From Actinomycetes bacterium (lineage in GTDB: Bacteria > Actinomycetota > Actinomycetes > Propionibacteriales > Propionibacteriaceae): 64,000 bases of DNA. The position numbers and the translations under genes are program-made. The stretch spans positions 9,198-73,197 of the forward strand of contig JAEXCA010000108.1 in assembly GCA_023393755.1 (NCBI GenBank), written 5' to 3'. Of this stretch, positions 1-10,603 are shown piece by piece (position 1 is the stretch's first letter; each line of letters begins with the position of its first letter). Below the pieces are notes generated by a model. That model made no database searches. It worked only from the letters and a program-made list of their open reading frames with translations, and was not told the DNA's origin.

Positions 1-938
1 CCGACGGACGCCGGCGGCCAGGTCGGCCACCACCCGCCGCAGGCCGGACAGCTCGCCGGGATCCCCGGCGTCGTCCGCGGCCAGCAGCGTCTTGACCAGC
101 GCCGAGCCCACGATCACCGCGTCCGCGTACTGCGCCACCATCGCCGCCTGCCCACCGTCGGAGACACCCAGCCCGACGCCGACCAGGGTGTCCGGCGCCA
201 GCTCGCGCAGCCGCGACACCAGTTCGGGAGCGGCGGACGGAGCGGAGCTCCGGGTGCCGGTGACGCCCATCACCGCGGTGGCGTACACCCAGCCGCGGCA
301 GACGGCGGTGGTGGAGCGGATCCGCTCGTCGGTCGAGGAGGGCGAGACCAGGAAGATCCGGTCCAGGCCGTGGGCCTCGGAGGCGGCGAGCCAGTCGGCA
401 CCCTCGTCCGGGATCAGGTCGGGGGTGATCAGCCCGGCTCCGCCGGCATTGGCCAGGTCGCGGGCGAAGGCGTCCACGCCGTACCGGTCGACCAGGTTCC
501 AGTAGGTCATCACCACGGCCGGTCTGCCGGCCGACCGGACGGCCTCGACGGCGGCGAAGACGTCCCGGACCCGCAGCCCACGATCCAGCGCGCGGGTACC
601 GGCCCGCTGGATCACCGGCCCGTCCAGGATGGGATCGGAGTACGGCAGGCCGATCTCGACCAGGTCGACGCCCGGGTTGTCGCCGTCGCCGCAGATGGCG
701 CGGAGTGCGTCCAGCGAGCCGGCCACGGTCGGGTAACCGACGGGCAGGTAGCCGACCAGCGCCGCGCGTCCCTCGGCCCTGGCGGCCAGCAGGGCCTGAC
801 CCGAGATGCCCGCGGACCCTTCAGGACTCCGCCCGCGGCCGGCCTCTGTTCCTCGGCCCGCTGACGCGGCCCTCGTCAGGACTCCTCCCTTCCCGCCGTT
901 GTCAGCGGCGTGGCGGTCGTCGTCTGGGAGCGTTGAAC

Positions 939-942
<4 letters not shown>
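1..942 (-). CDS. trpA: tryptophan synthase alpha subunit (3' end runs off window)
   Basis: Minus-strand frame is open from the ATG at 942 (ATGA overlap with the trpB stop) to the window edge. My translation contains [38 protein letters not shown] and GVTG. It is absent from the ORF track because no stop lies in the window. The first ~45 codons are repeat-derived, so the start is uncertain. Confidence 0.85.
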
Positions 943-2183
<1,241 letters not shown>

Positions 2184-2291
2184 CGACCCATTAAACCAGC
2201 GGCGGCCGCAGCCGCCTCGTCCTGCCCGCGGCCGGGTGTGCGGTTTCTGCCGGATAATCCACTTCGCCGACACATCTGTCGGCCAGAGTCG

Positions 2292-3077
2292 CTATCTGGC
2301 AGTAAGTGCACGCATGGCCGCGACCGCGGCCCGCGGGTCGCCGCCGGTCACCAGCGCCTCACCGACCAGGACGGCATCCGCGCCCGCGTCGGCCATCCGC
2401 TGGGCGTCGGCCAGGCTGAGGATGCCCGACTCGGCGATCTTCACCGCGCCGGCCGGCACCAGGCCGGCCAGCTGCTCGAAGGCGACCAGGTCGACGTCCA
2501 GGGTCTTCAGGTTGCGGTTGTTCACCCCGATGAGTTCCGCACCGGCGTCCACCGCCCGCCGCACCTCGTCGGCGGTGTGGGTCTCCACCAGACAGGTGAT
2601 CCCCAGCTCGTCGCCGAGCGCGAGAAACCGGGTGAGTTCGGCATCGGTGAGGGCGGCGACGATCAGCAGCGCCAGATCCGCGCCGGCCGCCCGTCCCTCC
2701 CAGAGCTGGTACTCGGTCACCACGAAGTCCTTGCGCAGCAGCGGGGTGTCGACCGCCCGCCGGACGGCGGCCAGATCGGCCAGCGAGCCATTGAACCGCC
2801 GCCGCTCGGTGAGGACGGAGATCGCGGTGGCTCCACCCGCGGCGTACTCCACCGCCAACGACGCCGGATCGGGAATCGTGGCCAGGTGGCCCTTGCTCGG
2901 GCTTGCCCGTTTCACCTCGGCGATCACTCCCAGGCCGTCCCCCCGCAGCGCCGCCAGCACCGGCAGGGCCGGTGGCATGGCCGCCACCGCGGCCTCGAGG
3001 TCGGCCTGGGGCCTCAGCGCCACGCGGTCCGCGAGATCCTCACGGACGCCCGCGACGATCTCGTCGAGCACCGTCAT
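2292..3077 (-). CDS. trpC: indole-3-glycerol phosphate synthase
   Basis: 261-aa ORF with [18 protein letters not shown] and IGVNNRNL motifs. Sits in trp operon context. Confidence 0.95.
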   Translation of the reverse strand: MTVLDEIVAGVREDLADRVALRPQADLEAAVAAMPPALPVLAALRGDGLGVIAEVKRASPSKGHLATIPDPASLAVEYAAGGATAISVLTERRRFNGSLADLAAVRRAVDTPLLRKDFVVTEYQLWEGRAAGADLALLIVAALTDAELTRFLALGDELGITCLVETHTADEVRRAVDAGAELIGVNNRNLKTLDVDLVAFEQLAGLVPAGAVKIAESGILSLADAQRMADAGADAVLVGEALVTGGDPRAAVAAMRALTAR

Positions 3078-3135
3078 GCGGGGTCCCCGCGGAGTTGTTC
3101 GGGGGAGCGCAGCGGAGGAGAACTCCGCGGGGTGC
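3078..3135 (-). promoter_or_regulatory. intercistronic hairpin element (12-bp perfect stem CCCCGCGGAGTT/AACTCCGCGGGG), copy 1
   Basis: Fills the whole spacer between the stop of the small membrane gene (3136-3138) and the trpC ATG (3077). A near-identical copy lies at 62676-62736 in the atp operon. Confidence 0.6.
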
Positions 3136-3369
3136 TCATGCGGCCTGACCGTACCCCGCCCGCCGCAGCACGGCCGTCACGATCAGCGACAACAGCAGCA
3201 CACCGGCGGCCACCCAGACCAGGGTCCAGTTCGGTCCGAGCAGGAAGGCGATCGAGCCGAGCACGAAGGCCACGGCGGCCACCGCGCTCCCGGCCCAGGC
3301 GGCCACGGTCCGTCCGTGGTGGTGGAAGTGGGCAGGACTCGGGGTGGCCTGCGGTTCGCTCTCGCTCAC
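3136..3369 (-). CDS. small membrane protein of the trp region (HGxxPAAW-like motif HGRTVAAW, two TM helices)
   Basis: 77-aa ORF lying between trpE and trpC, as in other actinobacterial trp clusters. It is hydrophobic with a GTG start. Confidence 0.6.
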   Translation of the reverse strand: MSESEPQATPSPAHFHHHGRTVAAWAGSAVAAVAFVLGSIAFLLGPNWTLVWVAAGVLLLSLIVTAVLRRAGYGQAA

Positions 3370-3424
3370 TGTCTACTCCTGCTCGGTGGGCTGGGTGCCA
3401 TCTTGACAACACCGCCCGGTGGTT

Positions 3425-4948
3425 TCAACTACCGTGGGCCGGCAATCGCACCAGCCGGGAGGCCTCGGCGACCGCCCGCAGCACGGTCGCTGCCTTGTTC
3501 TGGGCCTCGACGTCCTCGCTCGCCGGGACGGAGTCGGCCACCACGCCGGCCCCCGCCTGCACGTACGCCACGCCGTCGGCGATCACGGCGGTGCGGATCG
3601 CGATCGCGGTGTCGGAGTCGCCGGCGAAGTCGAAGTAGCCGACCACGCCGCCGTACAGGCCCCGGCGGACCGGCTCCAGCTCGTCGATGATCTCCATCGC
3701 GCGCACCTTCGGCGCCCCGGAGAGGGTCCCCGCCGGGAAGCAGGCCAGGGTGGCGGCCAGCGCGGTCCGGCCGGGGGCGAGTCTTCCGGTCACCGCGGCC
3801 TCCAGGTGCATCACGTGGCTGTAGCGGCGCACCTTCATGAACTCCACCACGCGCACCGTGCCCGGGGTGCACACCCGGCCCAGATCGTTGCGTCCCAGGT
3901 CGACCAGCATCAGGTGCTCGGCGGCCTCCTTCGGATCCTGCAGCAGTTCCGCCTCGTAGGCGGCGTCCTGCTCCGGGGTCTCCCCCCGCGGCCGGGTGCC
4001 GGCGATCGGGTGGGTGGTCGCCCTGCCGCCGGCGACGGTGACCAGGGCCTCGGGGCTGGAGCCGACGATCGAGAACCCCTCCAGCCGCAGCAGATAGAGG
4101 TACGGGCTGGGGTTGTTCCGGCGCAGCACCCGGTAGACGTCCAGCGGGTCGGCGGTGCAGTCGATCTCGAACCGCAGGCTCGGCACCACCTGGAAGGCCT
4201 CGCCGGCCCGGATCTCCTCGATCGCGGCGGCCACCATCGCCTGGTACTGCTCCGAGGTGCTCCGCCGCCGGGTCTCCGGCTCCTCGGCGGTGTCGTCCCG
4301 CAGCGCCAGCAGCGGTTCGGACGGACGCCGCAGCGCCTCCGCCATCGCCACCACCCTGGCGCAGGCATCGGCGTAGGCCTCCGCGGCCCGCTCCGGCCGG
4401 CCGTCGAAGTTGATCGCGTTGGCGATCAGCCAGATCTCGCCGGTGTGCTGGTCGAGCACCGCGACGTCGGCGGCCAGCAGCATGGTCAGTTCGGGGATGC
4501 CGAGCTCGTCCGGGTTGTCGTCCGGCAGCTTCTCCAGCCGTCGCACCACGTCGTAGCCGAGGTAGCCGACCAGCCCGGAGACCAGCGGCGGCAGGTCGGG
4601 GTCGCGCGGAGTGTGCAACTGCTCCAGTGTCTGGGCGAGCACCTCCAGCGGATCGCCGCCGGCCGGCAGCCCGTCGATCGGGCGCCCGGTCCAGGTCCAG
4701 ACCGCCTCACCCTCCCGCTCGCTGAGCGTGGCCGCGGAGGACACCCCGATGAACGAGTAGCGTCCCCACACCCCGCCCGCCGCCGACTCCAGCAGGAAGG
4801 TGCCCGGCCGGTCGCCGCACAGCTGGTGGTAGAGCCCGACCGCGGTGAACTCCTCGCCGAGCAGCCGGGTGTGCACGCTGACCACCCGCCGCGTCGCCGC
4901 AGCCTCGATGAAGCCCGGCAGGTCGGGCTGGATGGGCAGGTCGATCAT
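3425..4948 (-). CDS. trpE: anthranilate synthase component I
   Basis: ORF 3425..5479 is over-extended. The ATG at 4948 ([13 protein letters not shown]) is preceded by AAAGGAA. Chorismate-binding motifs are present ([25 protein letters not shown]). Confidence 0.93.
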   Translation of the reverse strand: MIDLPIQPDLPGFIEAAATRRVVSVHTRLLGEEFTAVGLYHQLCGDRPGTFLLESAAGGVWGRYSFIGVSSAATLSEREGEAVWTWTGRPIDGLPAGGDPLEVLAQTLEQLHTPRDPDLPPLVSGLVGYLGYDVVRRLEKLPDDNPDELGIPELTMLLAADVAVLDQHTGEIWLIANAINFDGRPERAAEAYADACARVVAMAEALRRPSEPLLALRDDTAEEPETRRRSTSEQYQAMVAAAIEEIRAGEAFQVVPSLRFEIDCTADPLDVYRVLRRNNPSPYLYLLRLEGFSIVGSSPEALVTVAGGRATTHPIAGTRPRGETPEQDAAYEAELLQDPKEAAEHLMLVDLGRNDLGRVCTPGTVRVVEFMKVRRYSHVMHLEAAVTGRLAPGRTALAATLACFPAGTLSGAPKVRAMEIIDELEPVRRGLYGGVVGYFDFAGDSDTAIAIRTAVIADGVAYVQAGAGVVADSVPASEDVEAQNKAATVLRAVAEASRLVRLPAHGS

Positions 4949-4984
4949 GTGCGCGGTTCCTTTCGCGGAGCGGCTGGGGATCCA

Positions 4985-5049
4985 GTGGCTGGGCGGAGTC
5001 TCGAAGCAGACCTCCGAGAGTTCGAACCCAGCTCGAACCTCAGGGATCG
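4985..5049 (+). repeat. REP-like GC-rich palindromic repeat, short variant (copy a)
   Basis: The sequence gtggctgggcggagtctcgaagcagacctccgagagttcgaacccagctcgaacctcagggatcg aligns with the copies at 7842, 53346 and 55243. It lies between the hisI stop and the trpE start. Confidence 0.6.
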
Positions 5050-5403
5050 CTACGGCTCCTCGGCCAGCAGCAGGTCGGCGTCGAAGCAGGTGGTGGTGCC
5101 GGTGTGGCAGGCGGGCCCGGTCTGGTCGACCCGGACCAGCAGGGTGTCGCCATCGCAGTCCAGCCGCACCTCGCGGACGTGCTGGGTGTGGCCGGAGGTC
5201 TCGCCCTTCACCCAGTACTGCCGGCGGCTGCGGGAGTAGTAGGTGCCCCGGCGGGTGGCAAGGGTGCGGCGCAGCGCCTCGTCGTCCATCCAGGCCAGCA
5301 TGAGCACCTGTCCGCTGGCGGCGTCCTGCACCACGGCCGGCACCAGGCCGTCCGGGTTCCGTTTCAGGCGCGCGCTGAGCGTCGGGTCGAGAGTCTCGGT
5401 CAC
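5050..5403 (-). CDS. hisI: phosphoribosyl-AMP cyclohydrolase
   Basis: 117-aa ORF with [26 protein letters not shown] and CHTG motifs. Confidence 0.93.
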   Translation of the reverse strand: MTETLDPTLSARLKRNPDGLVPAVVQDAASGQVLMLAWMDDEALRRTLATRRGTYYSRSRRQYWVKGETSGHTQHVREVRLDCDGDTLLVRVDQTGPACHTGTTTCFDADLLLAEEP

Positions 5404-5478
5404 CCCGCCATTGTGTCAGCCGCCGGAACCGGGCCGACTCTCGGTCGTGGTCGTGGTCACCGTTCCCACGGTGGAACA

Positions 5479-6642
5479 ATGTCCGCCATGCGTGCCTACT
5501 CGCCTACGGCTCCTACAACTCCTCCTCGGTCGGATCGCGCCAGCGCGTCCGACGCTCGTCGTCGGGTATACAACTTCTCCGCCGGCCCCGCCATGCTCCC
5601 CCCCAGCGTCCTGGAGCAGGCCCAGTCCGAGTTGCTCGACTGGCAGGGTTCCGGGATGTCGGTGATGGAGGTGTCGCACCGCGGCAAGGCGTTCGTCGCC
5701 TGCGCCGACCGGACCGAGGCGCTGCTGCGCGAGGTGCTCGGTGTGCCGGAGAACTACCGGGTGCTGTTCCTGCAGGGTGGAGCCAGCGCCCAGTTCGACG
5801 CCATCCCGATGAACCTGACCGCACCCGGCGACGCGGTGAACTTCCTGCACACCGGTCAGTGGTCGGCCAAGGCGATCAAGGCCGCCAGGCGGCAGGAGCT
5901 GGACGTCCAGGTGCTGGCCGACGAGGCGGCGTCCAACTACACCACCGTCCCGGCGGCCGACAGCTACCGGGTGAACCCGGCGGCCGCCTACCTGCACTAC
6001 ACCCCGAACGAGACCATCGGCGGGGTGGAGTTCGACCACGTCCCGGACGCCGGTGAGGTGCCGCTGGTGGCGGACTTCTCGTCCACCATCCTGTCGCGGC
6101 CGATCGACGTCTCCCGCTACGGCCTGATCTACGCCGGCGCCCAGAAGAACATGGGGCCGTCCGGGCTGTGCGTGGTGCTGGTGCGCGACGACCTGCTGGG
6201 CCGCGCCCGTCCGACCACTCCGTCGGTGCTGCAGTACGGCGAGATGGCGGCCTCCGACTCGATGCTCAACACTCCCCCGACCTTCGGCCTCTACCTGCTC
6301 GGGCTGATCCTGCAGTGGGTGAAGGACGCCGGTGGGCTGACCGCCATGGCCGAGCGCAACCGCGCCAAGGCGACCGCGCTCTACGCCGCCATCGACGGCT
6401 CGGAGTTCTACTCCAACCCGGTCGCGGTGAACGCCCGGTCGTGGATGAACGTCCCCTTCCTGGTGCCGGCCCCGGCCCTGGAGAAGCCTTTCGTCGCCGA
6501 GGCCGCCGAGGCCGGCCTGACCAGCCTGGCCGGCCACCGCTCGGTGGGTGGCATGAGGGCCAGCATCTACAACGCCATGCCGATCGAGGGCGTCGCGGCG
6601 CTGATCGACTTCATGGCGGATTTCGAACGTCGCAACGGATGA
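5479..6642 (+). CDS. serC: phosphoserine aminotransferase
   Basis: In-frame ATG at 5479 within ORF 5104..6642. Motifs are [21 protein letters not shown] and [12 protein letters not shown]. An alternative start lies at 5488. Confidence 0.9.
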   Translation: MSAMRAYSPTAPTTPPRSDRASASDARRRVYNFSAGPAMLPPSVLEQAQSELLDWQGSGMSVMEVSHRGKAFVACADRTEALLREVLGVPENYRVLFLQGGASAQFDAIPMNLTAPGDAVNFLHTGQWSAKAIKAARRQELDVQVLADEAASNYTTVPAADSYRVNPAAAYLHYTPNETIGGVEFDHVPDAGEVPLVADFSSTILSRPIDVSRYGLIYAGAQKNMGPSGLCVVLVRDDLLGRARPTTPSVLQYGEMAASDSMLNTPPTFGLYLLGLILQWVKDAGGLTAMAERNRAKATALYAAIDGSEFYSNPVAVNARSWMNVPFLVPAPALEKPFVAEAAEAGLTSLAGHRSVGGMRASIYNAMPIEGVAALIDFMADFERRNG

Positions 6643-7817
6643 GGAACATGCCCTACAAGATTCGTACCCTGAACGCGATCAGCAACGCCGGGCTCGGCCA
6701 GCTGCCCAAGGAGTCCTACGTCGTCGGCTCCGACATCGAGGAGCCGGACGCGCTGATCCTGCGCTCGGCCAATCTGCACGGCGTCGAGATCCCGTCCTCG
6801 GTGCTCGCGGTCGCCCGCGCCGGCGCCGGGGTGAACAACATCCCGATCGCCGACTACTCCGCCCGCGGCATCCCGGTCTTCAACACCCCCGGCGCCAACG
6901 CCAACGCGGTGAAGGAACTGGTGGTGGCAGCGATCTTCCTGGCCGCGCGCAACATCATTCCGGCCGCGGCCTTCGCCCACCGGCTGGACGGCGACGCCGG
7001 CTCGATGGACAAGGCTGTCGAGGGGGGCAAGAAGCAGTTCGTCGGCTTCGAACTGCCCGGCCGGGTGCTCGGCGTGATCGGCCTGGGAGCGATCGGCGTC
7101 GAGGTGGCGAACGCCGCGGTCGGCCTGGGCATGCGGGTGATGGGCTACGACCCGGGGATCACCGTGGAGCACGCCTGGAAGCTCTCCAGCCAGGTCGAGC
7201 ACGTCACGAACCTGGAGCAGCTGCTGAAGCGCGCCGACATCGTCACCGTCCACGTGCCGCTGCTGGACGCCACCCGCGGCCTGATCGGCGCCGACCAGCT
7301 GGCGCTGATGAAGAAGTCCTCGGTGGTGGTGAACTTCTCCCGCGGTCCGATCGTCGACCAGGCCGCGGTGGTGGACGCCCTGGAGGCCGGCCGGCTGCGC
7401 GGCTACGTCTGCGACTTCCCCACCCCGGAGCTGAACAAGCGGCCGAACGTGGTCACCCTGCCCCACCTGGGAGCGTCCACCCACGAGGCCGAGGAGAACT
7501 CCGCCCGGATGGCCGCCACCGAACTGCGGGCCTACCTGGAGGACGGGACCATCACCAACTCGGTGAACTTCCCCGACGCCATCCTGCCGCGCGGCGAGGG
7601 CACCACCCGGATCGCGATCGCCAACTCGAACGTGCCGAACATGGTGGGCCAGATCTCCACCCTGGTCGCCGAGGCGGGGCTGAACATCGCCGACCTGCTC
7701 AACAAGTCGCGCGGCGAGCTGGCCTACACCCTGGTCGACGTGGACGGCGAGGTCACCGACGCGCTGCTGACCCGGATCCGGCGGATCACGGGTGTGCTCA
7801 GCGCCAGGGTGATCTAG
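6639..7817 (+). CDS. serA: D-3-phosphoglycerate dehydrogenase (short form with C-terminal ACT-like domain)
   Basis: The ATG at 6639 overlaps the serC stop (ATGA). A 2-hydroxyacid dehydrogenase NAD fold is present (GVIGLGAIG, VTVHVPL, PHLGAST). An alternative start lies at 6648. Confidence 0.88.
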   Translation: MRNMPYKIRTLNAISNAGLGQLPKESYVVGSDIEEPDALILRSANLHGVEIPSSVLAVARAGAGVNNIPIADYSARGIPVFNTPGANANAVKELVVAAIFLAARNIIPAAAFAHRLDGDAGSMDKAVEGGKKQFVGFELPGRVLGVIGLGAIGVEVANAAVGLGMRVMGYDPGITVEHAWKLSSQVEHVTNLEQLLKRADIVTVHVPLLDATRGLIGADQLALMKKSSVVVNFSRGPIVDQAAVVDALEAGRLRGYVCDFPTPELNKRPNVVTLPHLGASTHEAEENSARMAATELRAYLEDGTITNSVNFPDAILPRGEGTTRIAIANSNVPNMVGQISTLVAEAGLNIADLLNKSRGELAYTLVDVDGEVTDALLTRIRRITGVLSARVI

Positions 7818-7949
7818 GATGCGCTGATCAATCCACACGGTGGCTGAGGTCGGCCCGCAGGGCCAAGTCTCGAAGCCCCGGCGACCCTTCGAGACTCGCG
7901 CTACGCGCGACCTCAGGGATCGATCTCGCATTGATCAGCGCATCCCTAG
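7814..7949 (+). repeat. REP-like element (copy b) enclosed by 19/20-bp inverted repeats (MITE-like long hairpin)
   Basis: The outer inverted repeat is CTAGGATGCGCTGATCAAT (7814-7832) against ATTGATCAGCGCATCCCTAG (7930-7949). Inner stems are TGAGGTCG/CGACCTCA and GTCTCGAAG/CTTCGAGAC. The serA stop codon lies inside the left arm. Confidence 0.7.
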
Positions 7950-8006
7950 GACTGGTTCGCCCGAGGGTCTGTCGGTCGGGCACCACCCCGGGTTAACGTG
8001 GACGGC

Positions 8007-8177
8007 ATGAAGTCGATGCTGAAGCGGACCTTGACCGCCCTGGCGTGCACCGCGGTGCTCCTGGGCATGCCCACCCCCGCGGCCGCTGCCGATCCCGCGG
8101 CAAAGCTTCCCCGGCCCGGCGGCGCCACTCCGGCGACCGTCTGCGACATTCTGCCGATCTTCTGGTGGTGCCCGTAG
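8007..8177 (+). CDS. small secreted peptide, 56 aa (signal peptide plus C-terminal C-x8-C hydrophobic loop); below the ORF-track size cut-off
   Basis: My translation is MKSMLKRTLTALACTAVLLGMPTPAAAADPAAKLPRPGGATPATVCDILPIFWWCP. It has a basic n-region, a hydrophobic core and an AAA-A cleavage-like site. 50 of 56 codons end in G/C. It stops 34 nt before the kinase start. Confidence 0.55.
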   Translation: MKSMLKRTLTALACTAVLLGMPTPAAAADPAAKLPRPGGATPATVCDILPIFWWCP

Positions 8178-8210
8178 CGGTCGAGACGATTCGCCCGGCG
8201 CCGCGCGGGG

Positions 8211-9443
8211 GTGTGCCAGACTGCCACTGTGAGTTCCCACGTGACCAGGCACCGTCCGGCGCCGCGGAACCCTGCGTCACGCGCGCTGCGGGACGGCGTC
8301 ATCGAGGCCTTCCTGGCGGGGGCGGTCTTCCTGCTCTCCCGGATCGAACGACCTGACCACGCGCTGACCTCGCTCACCCTGGACATCGTCGTGGCCGCGG
8401 GCGCGGCGCTGTCCGGCCGCTGGCCGATGGCCGGTGCGATCGTGGCCGGAGTCGGCGCCACCGGCTGGCTGTTCGTCTGGTGGGAGCGACCCACGCTGGG
8501 CCTGGTGGCAACCCTGGTTCCGCTGTTCGCGGTGGTCTCCCGCGGCCGCACCCGGCAGGGGATCTGGCTCACCCTGTGGTACCTGCCGGTGCTCCTGGTG
8601 GTGGTGAGCGACCTGGACGCGAAGGGCGTGACCGGGGTGCTGTTCAACGCCGGCTTCGCCGTCGTGCTGTTCAGCCTGGTGTGGGTGACCGGCTGGTTGA
8701 TCCACCGCAAGGACAGCCGGCTGGACGCCGCGACCAGCGAGTACGAGACCCGGATCCGCGAGCAGCGCCTCGATCTGGCCCGGGATCTGCACGACACCCT
8801 CGCCCAGACCGTCACCGGCATGGTGGTCACCACCGAGGGCATCAAGCTCAGGCTGGACGGGAACTGCCCTCCCGAGATCCAGGAGGATCTGGAAACGGTG
8901 CTGCGGCTTGGCCGGCAGTCGATCACCGACCTGCGCGGGATGCTGAACGTGCTGCGTACCGCCGATCCGCCCACCGGGACCGGCTCGGCCTGGCGGGCGC
9001 AGTCGGTGGCGCGGGCCCTGGCCGACCAGACCGCGGAGCTCCAGCGGCGGGGGTTCGCGGTGACCTCCCTGATCGAGGGCGATCCCGACACGCTCCCGCC
9101 CTCGGTGCGCGAGTGCCTCAGCAAGCTGGTGGTCGAAGCCATGTCGAACATGGCCAAGCACGCCACCCCGGGCGGCCAGTGCTCGGCGATGATCGAGGTG
9201 ACCGAGACCGTGGCCGAGGCCGTCTTCCGCAATCCCTGCGGGGATGTAGCCGGTCAGGCCAACTCCACCCATCTGGGCCTGATCGGCGCCACCGAACGGG
9301 TGGAGGCACTGGGTGGCACACTCGACGCCCGCCGCTCGGGGGATCAGTGGATCCTCAGCGCGCGCCTTCCGGTCGCCGGCGGCACCGAGCAGCTGACCGA
9401 CCGGGGCCTGGCCGACGGCACCGGCGCGAACGCCACCGCTTGA
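8211..9443 (+). CDS. sensor histidine kinase, HisKA_3 (NarX/DesK/LiaS-like), multi-TM N-terminus, no adjacent response regulator
   Basis: H-box LARDLHDTLAQ and HATPase motifs (NMAKHA, GLIGATERVEALGG) are present. About 5-6 predicted TM helices precede them. The start may be the GTG at 8211 or 8229. Confidence 0.85.
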   Translation: MCQTATVSSHVTRHRPAPRNPASRALRDGVIEAFLAGAVFLLSRIERPDHALTSLTLDIVVAAGAALSGRWPMAGAIVAGVGATGWLFVWWERPTLGLVATLVPLFAVVSRGRTRQGIWLTLWYLPVLLVVVSDLDAKGVTGVLFNAGFAVVLFSLVWVTGWLIHRKDSRLDAATSEYETRIREQRLDLARDLHDTLAQTVTGMVVTTEGIKLRLDGNCPPEIQEDLETVLRLGRQSITDLRGMLNVLRTADPPTGTGSAWRAQSVARALADQTAELQRRGFAVTSLIEGDPDTLPPSVRECLSKLVVEAMSNMAKHATPGGQCSAMIEVTETVAEAVFRNPCGDVAGQANSTHLGLIGATERVEALGGTLDARRSGDQWILSARLPVAGGTEQLTDRGLADGTGANATA

Positions 9444-9510
9444 CTCAGGCACCGTTCAGCGGTTGTCGGAGGCAGCCTGGCCGGCCGGACCCTGCGCGTG
9501 GCGACCGGCC

Positions 9511-9921
9511 TCACCCCGCCAGGTCGTCCCCGGTGAAGGGCACCAGCCGGTCGCTGTTCGCCAGGTGCATCGGCTCCAGCCCGATCCCGCTGCGGTTCGC
9601 GGCCGCGAGCAGGGTGCGGGCCCACGCCCGGTCGTTCGCGTCCATCGGCTCGTTGCCGGGACGCGCCAACAGCAGGGCGAAGGAGAAGTATTCGGCGAAA
9701 TGGGTCAGCACCGCCATCAGGGAGTCGGCGAAACCCCGGTCGGGCAGGGTCGGCAGATCGCCGATCTCGTGCAGTTGGCGGATCGCGCGCCGCTCCCGGT
9801 CGAGGAAGATGAGGTACAGCCGCCACTCGGCGAACCCCAGCGGGCTCATCAGTTCCAGCCAGTACTGGTGGATTTCGATGTCGGTGCGGAGCGGGCGGTC
9901 GAGAAGTTCCGTGTTCGTCAT
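9511..9921 (-). CDS. hypothetical protein
   Basis: ATG at 9921 (MTNTELLDRPL...) within ORF 9511..9966. High GC3. No family recognised. Confidence 0.5.
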   Translation of the reverse strand: MTNTELLDRPLRTDIEIHQYWLELMSPLGFAEWRLYLIFLDRERRAIRQLHEIGDLPTLPDRGFADSLMAVLTHFAEYFSFALLLARPGNEPMDANDRAWARTLLAAANRSGIGLEPMHLANSDRLVPFTGDDLAG

Positions 9922-9966
9922 GCCGGGATCCTTGGCGGCGGTCGGCGGAATGCGCCAGTTGTCCAC

Positions 9967-10450
9967 AGCCGCGGGTACCGGCGGCAGCGCCTGGGGATAA
10001 CCGGGCTCCGCCGCGCGCCGGATCGCCGAAGTGGTCGAGTTGATCGACCGCGTACAGATCGGCCATGACGAAGCCGCCGAAGCCCCACTTCTCCCGCAGC
10101 AGACCGATCAGCAGTTCGCGGTTGGCGGTGCACGGCACGCCGTCGATGGAACAGGGCGGCCACCTCCGCGCCATCCTCGGCAGGATCCCGGTCCCCAGTC
10201 CGTCCCGGACCACGCGTCCGCCCGGTGCAGGCTGTAGATCGAACCCAGCCGCGCCACCGCTCGATCTCGGCGTGGAGCTCGTCGGTCAACTCGTAGGTGG
10301 AGCCGGTTCGCCGGTGGGCATGCCAACCGAGCATCGCTGGTTGGGCTGCTCCACCTTCTCCCGCAGCGAGAGCCGCCCGAGAAGATCCTCGACCCGTTCC
10401 GCACCGGCGAGCGTGATGTCCTGATACGGGTACCGGAGGTCGAACAGCAT
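9967..10450 (-). pseudogene. remnant of a GH3-type beta-glucosidase gene (frameshifted and heavily deleted)
   Basis: ATG at 10450 gives MLFDLRYPYQDITLAGAERVEDLLGRLSLREKVEQ...stop after 55 codons. Other frames carry GSIYSL and NRELLIGLLREKWGFGGFVMADLYAVDQL, which are GH3-like blocks. The total is about 0.5 kb against roughly 2.3 kb for an intact gene. Confidence 0.6.
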
Positions 10451-10603
10451 GGCTGACCTCCTGGAGGGAGAGACGGGTCGAGACGACAGGGCGACAAACT
10501 CGCTGTCGCCCGATCCGGCACGATACTCCGGATCAGCCCTCAGCGGCGGTCCCCGGCCGCAACCCGCCGCCCGAGGACCGCCCGCTGCTCAGCCGACCGT
10601 CCG

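Noticed and set aside
5010-5035. tRNA-like GGTTCGAAC T-loop motif
   Set aside because: The flanking bases do not form a T-stem, and no acceptor or anticodon arms can be drawn. It is part of the REP-like repeat. No tRNA was found anywhere in the window.
4949-5049. Possible Trp-codon leader peptide/attenuator upstream of trpE
   Set aside because: On the minus strand there is no short ORF with tandem TGG codons, only a single in-frame Trp in read-through. The hairpins present belong to the REP-like repeat, so no classical attenuator can be supported.
7946-9232. 428-aa minus-strand ORF opposite the histidine kinase
   Set aside because: It is Ser/Arg/Thr-rich with no motifs. The + strand carries clear H-box and HATPase motifs.
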